Shown here one piece after another: positions 12,025 to 24,748 of a DNA stretch of 64,000 bases. A program made the translations under genes and the position numbers. The DNA comes from Penicillus capitatus (Eukaryota > Plantae > Chlorophyta). Location of the stretch: NCBI GenBank assembly GCA_965649825.1, contig OZ287702.1:434001-498000 (forward strand), read 5' to 3'. Every line of letters begins with the position of its first letter. The stretch's first letter is position 1. The notes under the pieces were generated by a model, which did not search any database, was not told where the DNA came from, and saw only the letters and a list, made by a program, of their open reading frames with translations.

Positions 12025-13178
12025 GTTACAACAACGTCACTTTCTCCCGTTCCCCTTTTCCGACGCATCGCCTCGCTCGTTACTTTCGTTCTGTGCGTCT
12101 CCGTGCGATGGATCTCGAGTTTGTACGTGCGGGGCCCTTGATCAAGAACGGCGGTTTTACCGACGCTGAGCTCGAGGCCGAGGCACCCAATTGGACACGG
12201 GTGTCGGAATGGATCGTCGAATCTCTCGGCTTTGATAAGGAGTCGTTGACAGGGGAGGCTCAGAAACGCGTGTTCCACTACTACTTGCCCATTGCGATGT
12301 GGATTCAGCGTATGAAGGAGCAACATATGAAGCAGTCGCCTCTCGTTTTGGGCATCTCCGCTCCTCAGGGATGCGGAAAATCGACCATGGTGGCCTGTCT
12401 CTTCGATGTCTTCGGAAAAATGGGCATGAGAGTTGCCTGTGTCTCCATCGACGATTTCTATCTGACCCATGCCGATCAGAAGAGAGTGGCGGCCGAGAAC
12501 GAAGACAATCCTTTGCTGCAGTGTCGAGGCAATGCACTGACCCACGATCTAGCCTTGGGCACAGAGACCCTCCAAAACCTCAAAGGTATGAATGATCACG
12601 ACATTCAAACATCCAGCCAGACATAGACAGGCAGTCCACGCTGATGTCATGGGTTATGTGCAGATCTGGCGGAGGGGAGTACGGTGAAGATTCCGAGATA
12701 TGACAAATCTGCGTTCGAGGGCAAAGGCGATCGAATGGAGTCTGAGCAATGGATGTCCGTGGAAGGCCCATTGGATCTGATCCTTTTCGAGGGCTGGATG
12801 CTTGGATTTCGTCCAACGTCGACCGAACACATTCAGTCGGTCGATCAACACCTTCTGCCGATCAACGCAGCATTGAAAGAATACGAGTCTGCCTGGGATG
12901 CCTTTGTCGATGCATGGTTGGTGATCAAAGTGGCCGATCCTTCCTGGGTTGGCAAATGGAGACTGCAGGCAGAACACGGAATGAAGAGGAGGGGCAAACC
13001 GGGAATGAGTGATGAAGCTATTCAAGCCTTTGTCAATTGCTACATGCCAGCATACAACGCATATTTGCCAGAGCTTTATGCTAAGGGACCCACAACTGTC
13101 CTTCCCAATAAGTGCCTTATCGTCGAAGTGGATGCGACCCGAATTCCTGTCGCTGAACAACCGGAGCCGGTCTCATAA
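12021..13178 (+). CDS. GLYK: D-glycerate 3-kinase, plastid-targeted
   Basis: Transit-peptide-like [29 protein letters not shown]; GISAPQGCGKST, SIDDFYLT, IPRYDKSAFEGKGDR, LFEGWMLGF, YMPAY. One intron at ~12588-12664. Confidence 0.93.
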
Positions 13179-13203
13179 AACATAACTCTTTTTGCAGACC
13201 GTA

Positions 13204-13208
13204 TGTAA
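13204..13208 (+). terminator. TGTAA chlorophyte-type polyadenylation signal downstream of GLYK
   Basis: TGTAA 26 nt after the GLYK stop. Similar TGTAA motifs follow other genes (2453, ~4317, ~32733, ~58327). Confidence 0.6.
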
Positions 13209-13582
13209 CACACGCTTTTATTAAAAGGATTAAATGAATCAGCTTCGTGCCAAACAATGCTAGAATTTGAGTACGGGGCCGTCAACATCCAACCTTTATT
13301 CTCAATATCCAAGGGAGGAAGGAAGGAATCTAGAAAAGAGAATTCATATACGGTACACATGCTCTTGGACTCCATCTTCAAACTTCAGAGTCATCGTCAT
13401 CACTAACAGATACAAAGATTGGCAATGCGATATACAAAACTGATAAATTGCGAACACTAAATAGCATCCTTCGCCCGCTTTGCACAAGAAAAGTGTCAGC
13501 TGTTGAAACAACCGACAATTGTTTATCCGCTCAATATATGCCCCCTGCTTCATTAGCCGGCCCAGTTGGGAGCCTGTGCTTG

Positions 13583-16063
13583 TTACGGTAGAATGATGTG
13601 ATCGACTGGGCGGTTTTCTGTTTCCGTAGCGGCGAAGAGTTTTATGTCTCCTTGCATTCGACTCTTCAAAAACTGTTTCAACTCTGCCTTGGATTCGCTT
13701 CTACGGGATCTCTTGATCAAGTCATCCACTTGGCGAACGAAAACTGCGTTGTTCTTCTTGGACGCCGAAGCGTTTCGTTCAAGAGTCAGGGAACAACTCT
13801 TCGTCCTAGAGACACACAACAGGTATCCATCAGCAAGGATGGTACAGATTGATGTCGACGACTGGCCTTCTGGCAGTCACATGTCCTTTCTCTTTATTTG
13901 TTGCTCTCTGTCTGAGATCGCTTGTCGAGATGGCCATCGTCGTCTGCTCCTTCTCTCCAAAGGGCTGATAATCGATATGGGCATATCTCTTGCCCGGAAT
14001 CAGACTATCACACGTGCACTTCGAAAGAGCTTCCACAGGAACAGACGGATAACGGCAAAGAGGCGTGCCTCTGTGGGCCGGAATGCATCTCTCCTGTAGT
14101 TGCAGGCACGCTGCAAAGACAGTGTGAAGGGAACTGTGATGAAAGAAGAGGAGTTTTCGAACCATTAAGTTTTTGGACGATACTCAAGAAAGAAGGTCGT
14201 TCTCTCGGACACTGTGACCAGCATTCCGTGATCAGTATCGCCAGTGATGGCGAAACACAAGTCGGAATTGCCGGTCTTCTTCCGTCGGCGATCAATCGAG
14301 GGATGTCGCTGCGTCTGTGTCCACTGAACGGTGTTCGATGCACACACATGTGGTAAAGGAGACAGCCGAAGTCGTAAACATCGCTGGCGTAACACAAGAG
14401 TCCATCCCTGATGGTTTCCGGCGCTGTTCTGGTCACATGTTGACTTCTATTGAAGTGAACCGAAGCACTCCCACGAGACAAACGCAAACACGAGCCAAAT
14501 CCCCCGACCTGAGAACAGCAAGACAAACGGACTGCCTCATGTTTAGCTGTCTACAGACTCTCCTCACCTTGCACTTAAATCCACGAGGATCTGTTGCATC
14601 GGACTGCAGAAAGATATGTTCTGCACAAAGAGCACTGTGGATGATGCGCTTGGAGTGAACATGAGCCATTGCTTGTGCGATCTCCAGTGCGCAGGTTGTG
14701 ATGTGTTCGTGCCTTTCCGGCACCGAAAGAAGACGATACTTGAGTGCATGATGTAAAGAGCCACGGTCGCAGTATTCCATAACGATAAGCGTCTCATAAG
14801 ACATGTCGGTTTGCCCAGTTGGTGCTTGACTTGAATTCAAACGGATTTTGACGGGTGGTGTATTGCTGAGACTCATCATCACTTTGACAACATGAGGATG
14901 GTGCAGATGTTTCATATATTTCACTTCGGCCGGTTCACGACTGGCCTGACGGTAAGATCCAGCTCTATAAGATACTTTAACAGCAACAGGTCTATGATGA
15001 AGCGTGCCTTTGTACACAATACAATTCGGTTTGCCTTTGCTCAACGGGGTATCCAGGTCCAGCAGGAGCTCGCATTTGTTTTCTGAGCTTCTCTCTGCGG
15101 TATTCTTTATTTCTTTGTCCGATGTTTCTGAACCGACCGATGCATCCTCATGATCATCGCTTATAGAAGTGACTTGCTTCTTTGATTGTAAAAATATTCC
15201 ATACATAATGCGGCATAGTGTTATTGAAAGTAGTATAAAAAGAAGAATTCCCGACAAAAAAGAATGTTGACAATCGGGGAGGAACGCGTAGAGAAACGTA
15301 TATTGGGTTGTTAATGAGGAAGAATCATCGAAAGGCGAAAAAGCATCTGACAGGACGGCAGCATCTTTAAAACTAGACTCTCTGTCCCACAACGGATGAC
15401 CGTCCTGCAGGTAAACGTCGCTGCCCTGAACAACAACCCGATGCACCGCAGTGTCGTGTACTTCAGCGACAAAAAAATACGCATAGTAAATCATCGTATG
15501 TCTTCCCACCACGACATCGGCGGTTTCGAATGACTGACCTGTCGTTGACAACGAGACAATTTCGGAAAACACACTCCATGCTGAGGACGTCATCCGCGTC
15601 GAATTCATGTGACTGGATCGACGGAGAATATCTAAGCGTTTCGTTCGAGCTGTCTGGAAGGAGGCATGCGCGATCGTATCGTCCCTGACACTCCCCGAGA
15701 TGTCCAGGTGGATTATCACGGATGCCACGCAAAGGTATCGAACATAAAGGTTTGAGAAATTCACCATCATCCACAGATAGCCGTATTGAGCGTCCTCTCC
15801 ACAACCACCTCTTCGAGTGCTCTCACGTCTATTCTTGCAAACGCAGGCGGCCGGCAAAGACAAACTTTGCTTCAAAACCGCGCTTGTCTAGTTTTGAACG
15901 ATTGAGCGAGCTCACGTAGAGGAGATAACAACCAACTCCGAATCGAGACACGAATGACAAAAACCCGGTACCCGACACCTCTCGCTGGCAAGTTTCCTCC
16001 AAACACCGCACAGATGCTGATCATTAACACCAACCGTCGTTGTGGGAAGAACGAATAGTACAT
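13583..16063 (-). CDS. Single-pass receptor-like TKL-type kinase with degenerate catalytic motifs (pseudokinase)
   Basis: Putative signal (MYYSFFPQRRLVLMISICAVFG), TM LSGILLFILLSITLCRIMYGIF, then PVAVK, HPHVVK, IVMEYCDRGSL, IIHSALCAEHIFL, DPRGFKCK|VGGFG, APETIR, SDVYDFG, ITECWSQCPRERPSF. Confidence 0.75.
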
Positions 16064-16266
16064 TCTCAGTGGTCTCTTAGAATTGTTCGTATCCCGTTCG
16101 GTCGGCACCTGCTCGGCCCGTCGACTCGTAGTTTGTCATCCGTACGTTTCAGCTACCACTGTCCTGCGCCTTCTTTGTGTAATGCCCTCAGCGCCTTTGG
16201 TCGAAAACCGTCTCATGCATTTGTGGTTCTCCCTGGCTGTAGTTCGTTTATCCTGTGCCGCCACAC

Positions 16267-17819
16267 ATGATGGATGGTTTCCGTAACATGGGCGGAGAAG
16301 TCGACGTGGTCGATTCTGCCATTTCACGGGCACTTCGTCATGTGCGCAAAATGCACTCCTTTGATAGGCGCATAAAAATCGCACATCAGCACCAGAATCC
16401 CGATGTAGGAACCGACGTGCCCTCTTACATGCGTCAAACTTGCGCATCACTGATAAAAAGAAGCTCGTCCAGGCCCAGAGACATCAACTGGAATGATTTA
16501 AAATCATCAAGGTCGAAAGAATCGAAGAAAGAAAAGAAAACCGACGATAAAAAACGGTCAGAGCACGATGATGGTAGGCCACCTCCACTCAAAACCCTCT
16601 CATGCTTACGTATGTGTGCATCTCATGTACACTCTCAGAAATCATGCAACAGAGGAGACACAGCGAAAGTGACGCATTAGACAGAAAATCGACGCAACAA
16701 ATGTCGCCTCGTAACGAACTGTCTATGGTGTTAGAATCTTCAGAGAACGATTCGACGCCGCGATCTCCAGATAGAACTCTCAGCGTAGAGGGCAGTGGAG
16801 AAGCAAAGAAGCTCGAGGATCGCGATGTTGACATGTCTTCTCCTGAAGATCCGTGTTGTGCCTATGCTCTTCAGAATGTTCAGTCGTCAGAAAGAGTGTC
16901 ATCATGGAGAACCATGGACGACGGAAACAAGGGTCGCACTCGAGGTCCTTCCATTTGCAGTACCATGACGTTAGAAGACGCCCACAGCGAGATTGCACAC
17001 GATGACAGTTTTTGCCAAGTGTACGAATCTGATGACGACGATCACAACAAATCCACCCCGACAGCCAAAAACATCTTTACCGCCTCTCTTTTCTACAGGA
17101 CATGTACCTATCCGCAATCACCACTCGCGACACACTCTGCACAACTTGATTCGGACGACTCGGATAACACGGTCAGAGTCTTGCATGAGTCACAGTGGTC
17201 GGACGATGACAGCGAGGAAAGTGATGATGATGATTGTTGCAAGGGACTTAGGAAGGTGGAGAGTCACCGTCTCAACGATATCTTTGCCAGCTTCACTGAA
17301 TCCGAGCTTGGCGATGATTTCAGTCAGATGCTTATGGCTGCTGAAAATGCTGAACCGCTTTCCGAACAAGAGGATAAACGCATGGCCTCTTTAACAAGCA
17401 GCACCGCACCGCAGATCGACACGCCGTTCAAAGCAAACTGCTACGACGAGCAAGCTGAAAACGAGAAACTAGAGATCTCAGCGCCCAATAAGTGTCACCT
17501 TTCTAAAATCGATTCCGGCAAGCTTGCCAAGGCAGACGGGTCCTTCCAAATTCGAGGTCCCGGCCTTCTCTGGATGCTGGGGGGTAACGTCATTGCTGGC
17601 GTTGTTGGAGCAGCCATTGCAGCGGCTGGGTACGTCTACTCACTCACTCCCTCCCTCACTGATGTACCCATCGATCTGTTGTTCTACAGGATTCCGTTGG
17701 CCACGTCGCAATCTGCTCCTCCAGTAATTGACGAAGAGGTTGCGTCATTGAACAGTGACGGTGCCCATGCAGACGACTGGTTCTTCCAGGCCTCTACCCG
17801 AGTCAGTATGGACACATGA
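16267..17819 (+). CDS. Hypothetical protein A: conserved N-terminal PSYMRQTC motif, acidic disordered middle, C-terminal TM helix
   Basis: ORFs 16255 and 16602 joined by an intron at ~16574-16638; TM LLWMLGGNVIAGVVGAAIAAAGYVY. Confidence 0.65.
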
Positions 17820-18484
17820 CAGAACCTAATTGCGCGCTGTTTGTATTAAATAAATGATAGGAAAGATCTCGACACATCGAATCCACCCCATTCAAGAACG
17901 AGTAGGTTCTTTCCTCGAACTCAGCTGCAAATACGTTTTTTATTCTTCCAGAGAATTTTATTAACCTCCCTCTCTCATTGAGCTTTTCTTTCCGGTCCAA
18001 CCAATCCCGAGGATGTTGATGACAGGGGGGATTTTTCCTTGTGGGGCTTTGTCTTGGGTGCGTGAGCACAGAATTACACCCGCCGTTAATCAATGCTTTT
18101 TTGTCCGGGAATGTGACATGGATTTTTCATGCAGGCGGATATTCAACGTGGTAATGCCAACTGGGATTGTCTCAAAGCCGTTTCGTTCTAATGCTTCACA
18201 GTGAACCCGAAACCGAGAACTCCCAATCCTTTATTGCTAAAGTTTCGATGAAATGATCATGTACGATCCGCGTCTCGCCAACCGTCTACATATCTTTCTA
18301 GCTCGTACAACTCCATCAATTCCATAGCTCGACGACGTGTGCAGGTTTCGGAGGACAGCGTCACAGTGCACAACGAAAAGAAAGCCTCTCAGATTTTCAA
18401 GAATAAAAGCAAAAGAGTTACTGTCGAGAGACGTCCACAGAACAACATCGACGACACAGAGCGACGTAGACAGAGTGCTTTTGC

Positions 18485-20458
18485 ATGAGGAGGTCGTGAA
18501 TTGAGTGCGGCTTATTGGTGTAGAATGCATGCCGAAGAGAAGGCGCCGAGCCGAGCAGCACTACATAGATATGGGGTCAGTCTGTTCCGTTCGCAGTCTT
18601 CAACGCCGCGCAGTGCGTCGCCGAGGTCCTTCCAGCTCTATGAACTTCTCCATGCGCGTCGAATGCATTCCTTCACCCGTCGCATGAAGTCTTTCAATAA
18701 GGATCGCAATCCTGATCTCGCACTTCACCCGCCATCATACATGCGCCAAACGTGCTCTTCTCTGATTAAGAGGCACGGTTTGTGTGATCAAGATTCGAAT
18801 CGGCGCACAAAAACTGGGAAATCACGTCGAACAACGTCGATCGGAGGAACGACATCCGTCCGCAGAAAGGGCACGAAAGAACAGCGCAGGGCGTACAGCA
18901 GTCTCGAACACACGCGGCGGGATTCTATGAGCTTTGCACCGAATGATACGCTGGGATTCTTGCTGGAAGAAATGCCGGAAGGGCTTTCTTGGGTTCAGGG
19001 ATATGGCACAGATGTTGCTCTCAACGGCCAGTCGTCTGTGAATCGCAGCACACATGGAGAGCGGCCACGCAGACATTCCACCACGCAGCATTCCCATCGA
19101 CGTATGCCTCGTCGCTCATGATGATCTGTGTCTGAGGTGCTGTTCTGTTGTAGGGCACGTTTCATTTGATGGTGCGCTCAATGATCTGAATCCAAAGACG
19201 ACAAATGCAGTCAATGTTCGTTCCATCAAGACAAAACCGAGGGCATTGAACCGAAAGGCGGGATGCCCGTCGAGGCCGAGATCGGGGCAGGTGAAACAAC
19301 AATCGGTGGATCTGCGATCGGACACGGCGAACAATAGCAGTTCTGGAAACTATGAAGATGTTGTTCCTGCAACGGAGCGCTTGATTGGCCGCACATCGAG
19401 GAGGCCGAGGCCACGCTCTGCTCTACCAGTGATCGAAAGAGGAGCAGCAAATGGTGGCCCAAACAAGCAAACAAGCAAAAGAGCATCCACGAAGAAGACT
19501 GCGATGCGCAGAATGTCGCAGCCTCAGAACAGCAGCGGTCGAGAATCAACTACAAAGCAGAGTTCCAGTCCAGTGCAGTCTTTTAGTCAGGAGCTGTCCA
19601 TAAATCATGAGGCCCTTGCGCATGATGAGGAACCGTCTGAGCTGTCTAGCGAGATAGATCATAGAACTCAGGAACAAAATCGTGAGACCACTAAGGACGT
19701 CTGCAGTGTAGAATCCGATAAGGTGGCGGACGAGGAAAGAAAAAGTGCAGCAGAAGGCGAGGAAGTGGAAGGAGATGTCGTCCATGAGGAGATGACGGAG
19801 GAGGATCGAATAGAAGAAGAACCATCGGAAGAAGATTGGCGGCCCATGACGTACACAACGCGTCCGGCTGAAGAAATCTTTCCTGTCGCTCCGGTCGCTA
19901 TCGACGTGGATCAATTCTCAAAGGAGATCCGGACTCAGGAGTCGCACGAAGGTTACTGCGATGCGCTGTCAAAGAGTCTCCAATCCTCCGAGGACTCAAC
20001 GTCCGAATCCAACTCTGAATCCGCATCCGAATCCAATGAGCCCTGCGCTGAAACTGTATCTGACAACTCACAATCTGGATCTGAAACTGAACCGTCTGAG
20101 CGCGAGATGAGCAGAGAATTTGAACGGACGGCTCGTGTGCTTCCTGTTAAAAAGAGGAGAAGGCATTTCTTGAGGCTTCGTCGCAGAGAGAGGCTTTCTC
20201 CGGAAGAGGACACAAGTCAAAAACAAGATCCAAGACGTGCTCAGCTGACAAAAGAGACCAGGACGCGATCGCCGTTAGGTAAATCGCCCGTCTGTTCGTC
20301 GATGCCTCGTGATGTTGGGTCTGTTGTCCACAGTGTCGCGTTGGCAGTGTTGCCGCATTCCGTTCAAGGCTTGTTTCTGTGGAGCGGATGTGTCTCCTGG
20401 TCCGGCAACGGACGATGATGACGACAGTCCACACCAAGCTGTGTATTTTTCTGAGTAA
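18485..20458 (+). CDS. Hypothetical protein B, paralog of A in the N-terminal motif; acidic disordered body; Cys-cluster C-terminus
   Basis: ORFs 18501 and 19054 joined by an intron at ~19102-19153; terminal intron ~20279-20333 gives ...WQCCRIPFKACFCG...AVYFSE-TAA. Start uncertain. Confidence 0.6.
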
Positions 20459-20917
20459 TCAATCCTAGCCCAACAAATAAACCCATAACGATATTCTGAC
20501 GTCCCTAAGTATATATCTTTGTAGCTCATCGTGTAGTTCTATAATACTGTCATATACCGCTTCCTTTCAGATACGCAGGGAACGGGCATTTCTTTACAGA
20601 GAGATGATTGTTGCCGGGGGCTACTGTTTTGGAGAATTCATCATCAAGAAGCCGACGGAGATTATTGTTTGTCGAATGTGCTCTGCAACTCTGATGCCAC
20701 AAACTATCAACTCGTTCTTTCCCAATCAATACCCAAACTTCCGTCTTGTGATTCCAATTTGCTGATGTGAGCACTCAAGAGAAGCATTCCCAATGAATAG
20801 TAGTACCCGTCTTGGAACCCATGAAATCAATTCTTGTGCACACATCGTTGACTCTCGGGTATTAAATGTGGCAAAATGTGTGAAATCAGAACTTTGTTAA
20901 TGGCATGATACAGTTCG

Positions 20918-21706
20918 CTATACACCCTTTGGAATGTGTGTGGCCATTTTAAAAAGGGCAACGATCACCTCGCAGATAATACCCATAAGCATTCCTGCTC
21001 TCAGATGTCGTGAAAGTGCATTCTCAATCAAACAGAGCCCGGCAACGGGGCCAAGCAAAAAACCAAAAGCGAATCCCAACAACAAATCCGAAGTATCGCA
21101 TTCTCGCACATTGACAACATTATCGAAGAGAGGCTGATTCTCCATGGCATCCAATTCTTCATCAGATGGACTGTTTCGCCGTTCTCCTGTGAAATCAAGA
21201 TCATCGAGCTCCTGCCTTGTGCTCAGGTCTGACCTCTTTGGGCTTGAATCATGGCGAAGACGGTCTGCTGCGCCTGTAGGAAGCGAAGCACTTCTGGTGG
21301 GAATCTCCTGAGACTTGGATGTGTACGACCGGCGGTTGCGGCATCTACGTTTGCAAATCTCACACGTGTGATCGGTCATGTAACGATGATGTGACTGGAG
21401 GAAGAGGATGCGGTTCGTCGACGTGATGGCGGAGGTTTGGGAACGAGTAAGACAGTGTGACCATCCTCAACACCAACTGACTGTAGTAGACTCTCATCGT
21501 CGAGAAAACGACCCTAGGTATCCAAAAGTGTGACCACTGATCTTCAGTACGTATAGAGTGAGAACTTGGAAGAGGATGCGATAGGCATTGGCGTCGAGCG
21601 TCGCATCACGTTTATGTACATCCGCCTTCACTTCTCGAATCTGAGTGCCGGGAGTAACGTCCAACTGGAACAAACGGTCATCTTGCGTCTTCACCTTCAG
21701 TTTCAT
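20918..21706 (-). CDS. Ubiquitin-like domain plus C-terminal membrane hairpin (DSC3/DUF2407-like)
   Basis: UBL MKLKVKT...YRILFQ|GRFLDDE...GVEDGHTV; C-terminus DLLLGFAFGFLLGPVAGLC...LRAGMLMGIICE; three ~50-nt introns restore the frame. Confidence 0.7.
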
Positions 21707-21869
21707 GATTGCAGTCGGACGATGGAACCTGGACGATAGTTGACATGTTATGATGCGACGTCGTACGCATGGATTAGGCGACCTGTCACATCATAACACT
21801 ATTCAAACGCCGCCGCGCTTCGATTTCCAGACGACGGACGAAGCGCTCTCGAAAAGTCGACACCGTCAC

Positions 21870-22800
21870 AACAGCAGTGAGCAACAATTGCGGCCTTGTT
21901 GAATTCTCCGAGTCACAGGACATCAAGATGAGTGCGATACATGGCAGGTAGTCTGCGGCTTCATGATCCGACCAAAGAAAATCAGATTTCGTGGTGTGCT
22001 TGCTCGTCAATTGTGCGACGCGCTTTGCAATCCATCAAAAACAGTCGAGTCGCTTGTCCTGCTTTTTTAAAGGATTATGAAGTCAACGCTATTGCCTTGT
22101 GGGAAATCTGAGTGGTCTCAGGGCGACAACGACGTCAAGGCATGCGTTGGATAGTATCCAACAGTTGTTTTCCGAATCACTCAAAGCTACGTGTTGTTGG
22201 TGGGGCGCCTCTTCCCGATCATTCCGTCGGATATGTTCGGGACTCTAAGTAATTAGAAGGCCTTAAGATCATCATATCATTCCGTACAATTGGCGCAGAC
22301 CTGCAAAGGAAATTGCCAAATTTGAAAGGAGTGAGATGGACAAGTGTAAAAGCGATGAATGATGACGTGCAGTTATTCACTCGAATCTGCAAGGTCGATG
22401 TTTTGGTCTGGTATCACATTCAAAGTCAGAGTGGTACTCTTCTGAGAGCACTGGAACAACTGGTCTGACCAAATTGTCGAATGTCGTGCATCTCCGCAGT
22501 TCGAGACGACTCGACATCGACATCGATTTCTCAGCGAACATTTCTGGGAGTTCTCTTCATGGGCATAAGAAGCAATGCTTTGACTGCTTGGCATGCACTA
22601 AGCAAAGGAGGAGTTCAAGCACTTGGAAAACTCTAGGATCTCGTATTCTGCGCCATCCAACACGCAAATGGAGATCACGCTTTTCTGCCTTTACCTTTAT
22701 TTGGTGTGACGACAAGACTGGAACAGCTGTAGGTGTCCTAGAAAAGACTTTATGACTCGGTGACAGTTTGAAAGCATCCGTCAAAAATCACCTCAGTTGA
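21870..22800 (+). pseudogene. Possible decayed F-box/LRR-like coding remnant
   Basis: Broken frames with LRR-like fragments (KLPNLKGVRW, LTKLSNVVHL, LGKL*DL, RLEQL*V), several stops and frame changes. Weak, by eye only. Confidence 0.25.
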
Positions 22801-23176
22801 TCGTTGGAAAGATGCGCATGCCAATCAGGTTTATTTGACTTTGAGACGACACATGCTAATGATTCTTTCTTTTGAGTTGATGACGTACTACTATAAGTAT
22901 GGAGTAATGAAAGTCTTTAGAAAACTATTGTGACTAACCTCGAGGACGACGAATATGGGATTGACAGGCGTCGACACAAATGAATATACGCAAATGAAAA
23001 ATGAGAGCACTCTCGTTAAACTGCAAGATTAATGAGTGTTTCTAGCATCGTAATACAACCACATTTTTCTTATCAGCCTGCTTATTCATAGCAATATCGA
23101 CAGCGACAGGAGAACAAAGAGTTTCAGAATCCACCAAGACAGAGAGTATGACGGTAAAAGTATTCGAAAAAACAAC

Positions 23177-24352
23177 TCAGGTGAGAAAACTGCGTCCGAA
23201 TTCCTTGTTGATGCCAGCCCTCATGTCTTCATAGGAATCGTACCCTGTGATCGGCTTAAGGACAGACTGCCATTTGGCATCGAATTTGCCGATAAGTTCA
23301 GGAGAGAGGTACTTCTTGCTGATGTTCATTTGGCCTTCACGGATCTTCGACGGTGCATGAGAAGATTTACCCAGCACGCCGGCGTCAGCCTCCAGACCAA
23401 TTACTGCATTTCTCGCCTTCTTGACCGTATGCGCATTGAACTGACTTTCATGCGCCTTCATGAATTCGAAAGACGCCTACGTAACATGAGAATTATGAAA
23501 AGGAAGTCGACAACGCTCGCCTGCCTGGTGCTCCACGAGATTTAAGAGCTGCTCGTTGCCCACACCGATGTTCAGGAAATCCGAGACGAGTCGGATACAC
23601 GTTGTCAGATTCTCCTTCATGTCTTCATAGTGCAACCACAGAACATTCGCATCGTTGCGATGCGGATACCAACTGCCTGCTTGCACACACTCTTATTCCA
23701 AAAAACGGTTTAGAAGAGTGAGTGATACCTAAATGTCTGAGATAAGATAACCTCGCAGATCGCTCGTCTATGTTTACTGTATTCTTCAAGAAGATCCATT
23801 CTATAAACGTTTCCAGGCTTATCTCGGAGCTATTAAACAGCCAACCCTTTAAGAAATAGTACATTGATACAGCGGCATCTTTTGGATTCCTGTGCAAGCA
23901 TATCTATCATCCATCCAGTCAGATCATACTGCAGAGTATCTTGCCTTGTCAGTACAATGTATTTTCCCTCTCCTTTCGGACACGCCTCGTAGAGAAAATG
24001 TGTCTTGTACATCCTCGGATGAAATTTCTGTTCGGATTCCAGTTCAGCCTCTTCAACATCGTGGGCAAATTCGAGAACTGGACACACCATCGCGATGTCT
24101 TCGAAGCTCATGTTTCCGTTGGAACGCAGCCCATGGATAATCTGACGGGGTGTATGTAGACGATAAGACGACAACGGTGGTTTTCAGCCTGTTTACCTGG
24201 GTTAGCCACGTCGAACCTGATTTTGACATTGCGGCCAGGATTACGTCGTCTGATCGAGGTTGAAAACTCATTCCTCGCTGCTCGGTTTCAATACTCGTTA
24301 TCTTTGCAACACGTTCGACCAGACAGAGCACCACGGGCGGTATCTCCTCCAT
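23177..24352 (-). CDS. Cytosolic-type sulfotransferase, copy A
   Basis: FQPRSDDVILAAMSKSGSTWL (5'-PSB loop), PRMYKTH, R|NPKDAAVSMY (3'-PB), WYPHRNDANVLWLHYEDMK; four introns. Confidence 0.9.
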
Positions 24353-24748
24353 TGTTCAGTACAGAACGATACCTGTGGAGTTTCCCAGCGTTTAAAAGCC
24401 GACGACTTGTGATGATTAAATCGATGATTAGACTTGACATTTTACATCCAGCAGCTGTGACCAGATCCTTTTACTCGTTGTCTAAAACTTCTCTTCTTTC
24501 CAGAATTGCTTGCTGCATGCTCACACTTTTTTGCCAAGACACGACACAAAACCAGCAGAGAGGATCTTATTGCCTTTAAAGTCTTTATTCGAGTGGGAAA
24601 TCGACTAAAGTCGGATCAACACAATATCAAAAAGAGGATTCTAAAACCTTCTTCTGTTCCCGTCTTCTGTTCATAAGAAGAACCAACAAAAGACATAAGC
24701 GTTTGATTATCGCAGGCAGAGGGAATGCAGATGACTGGATAGCTAACT

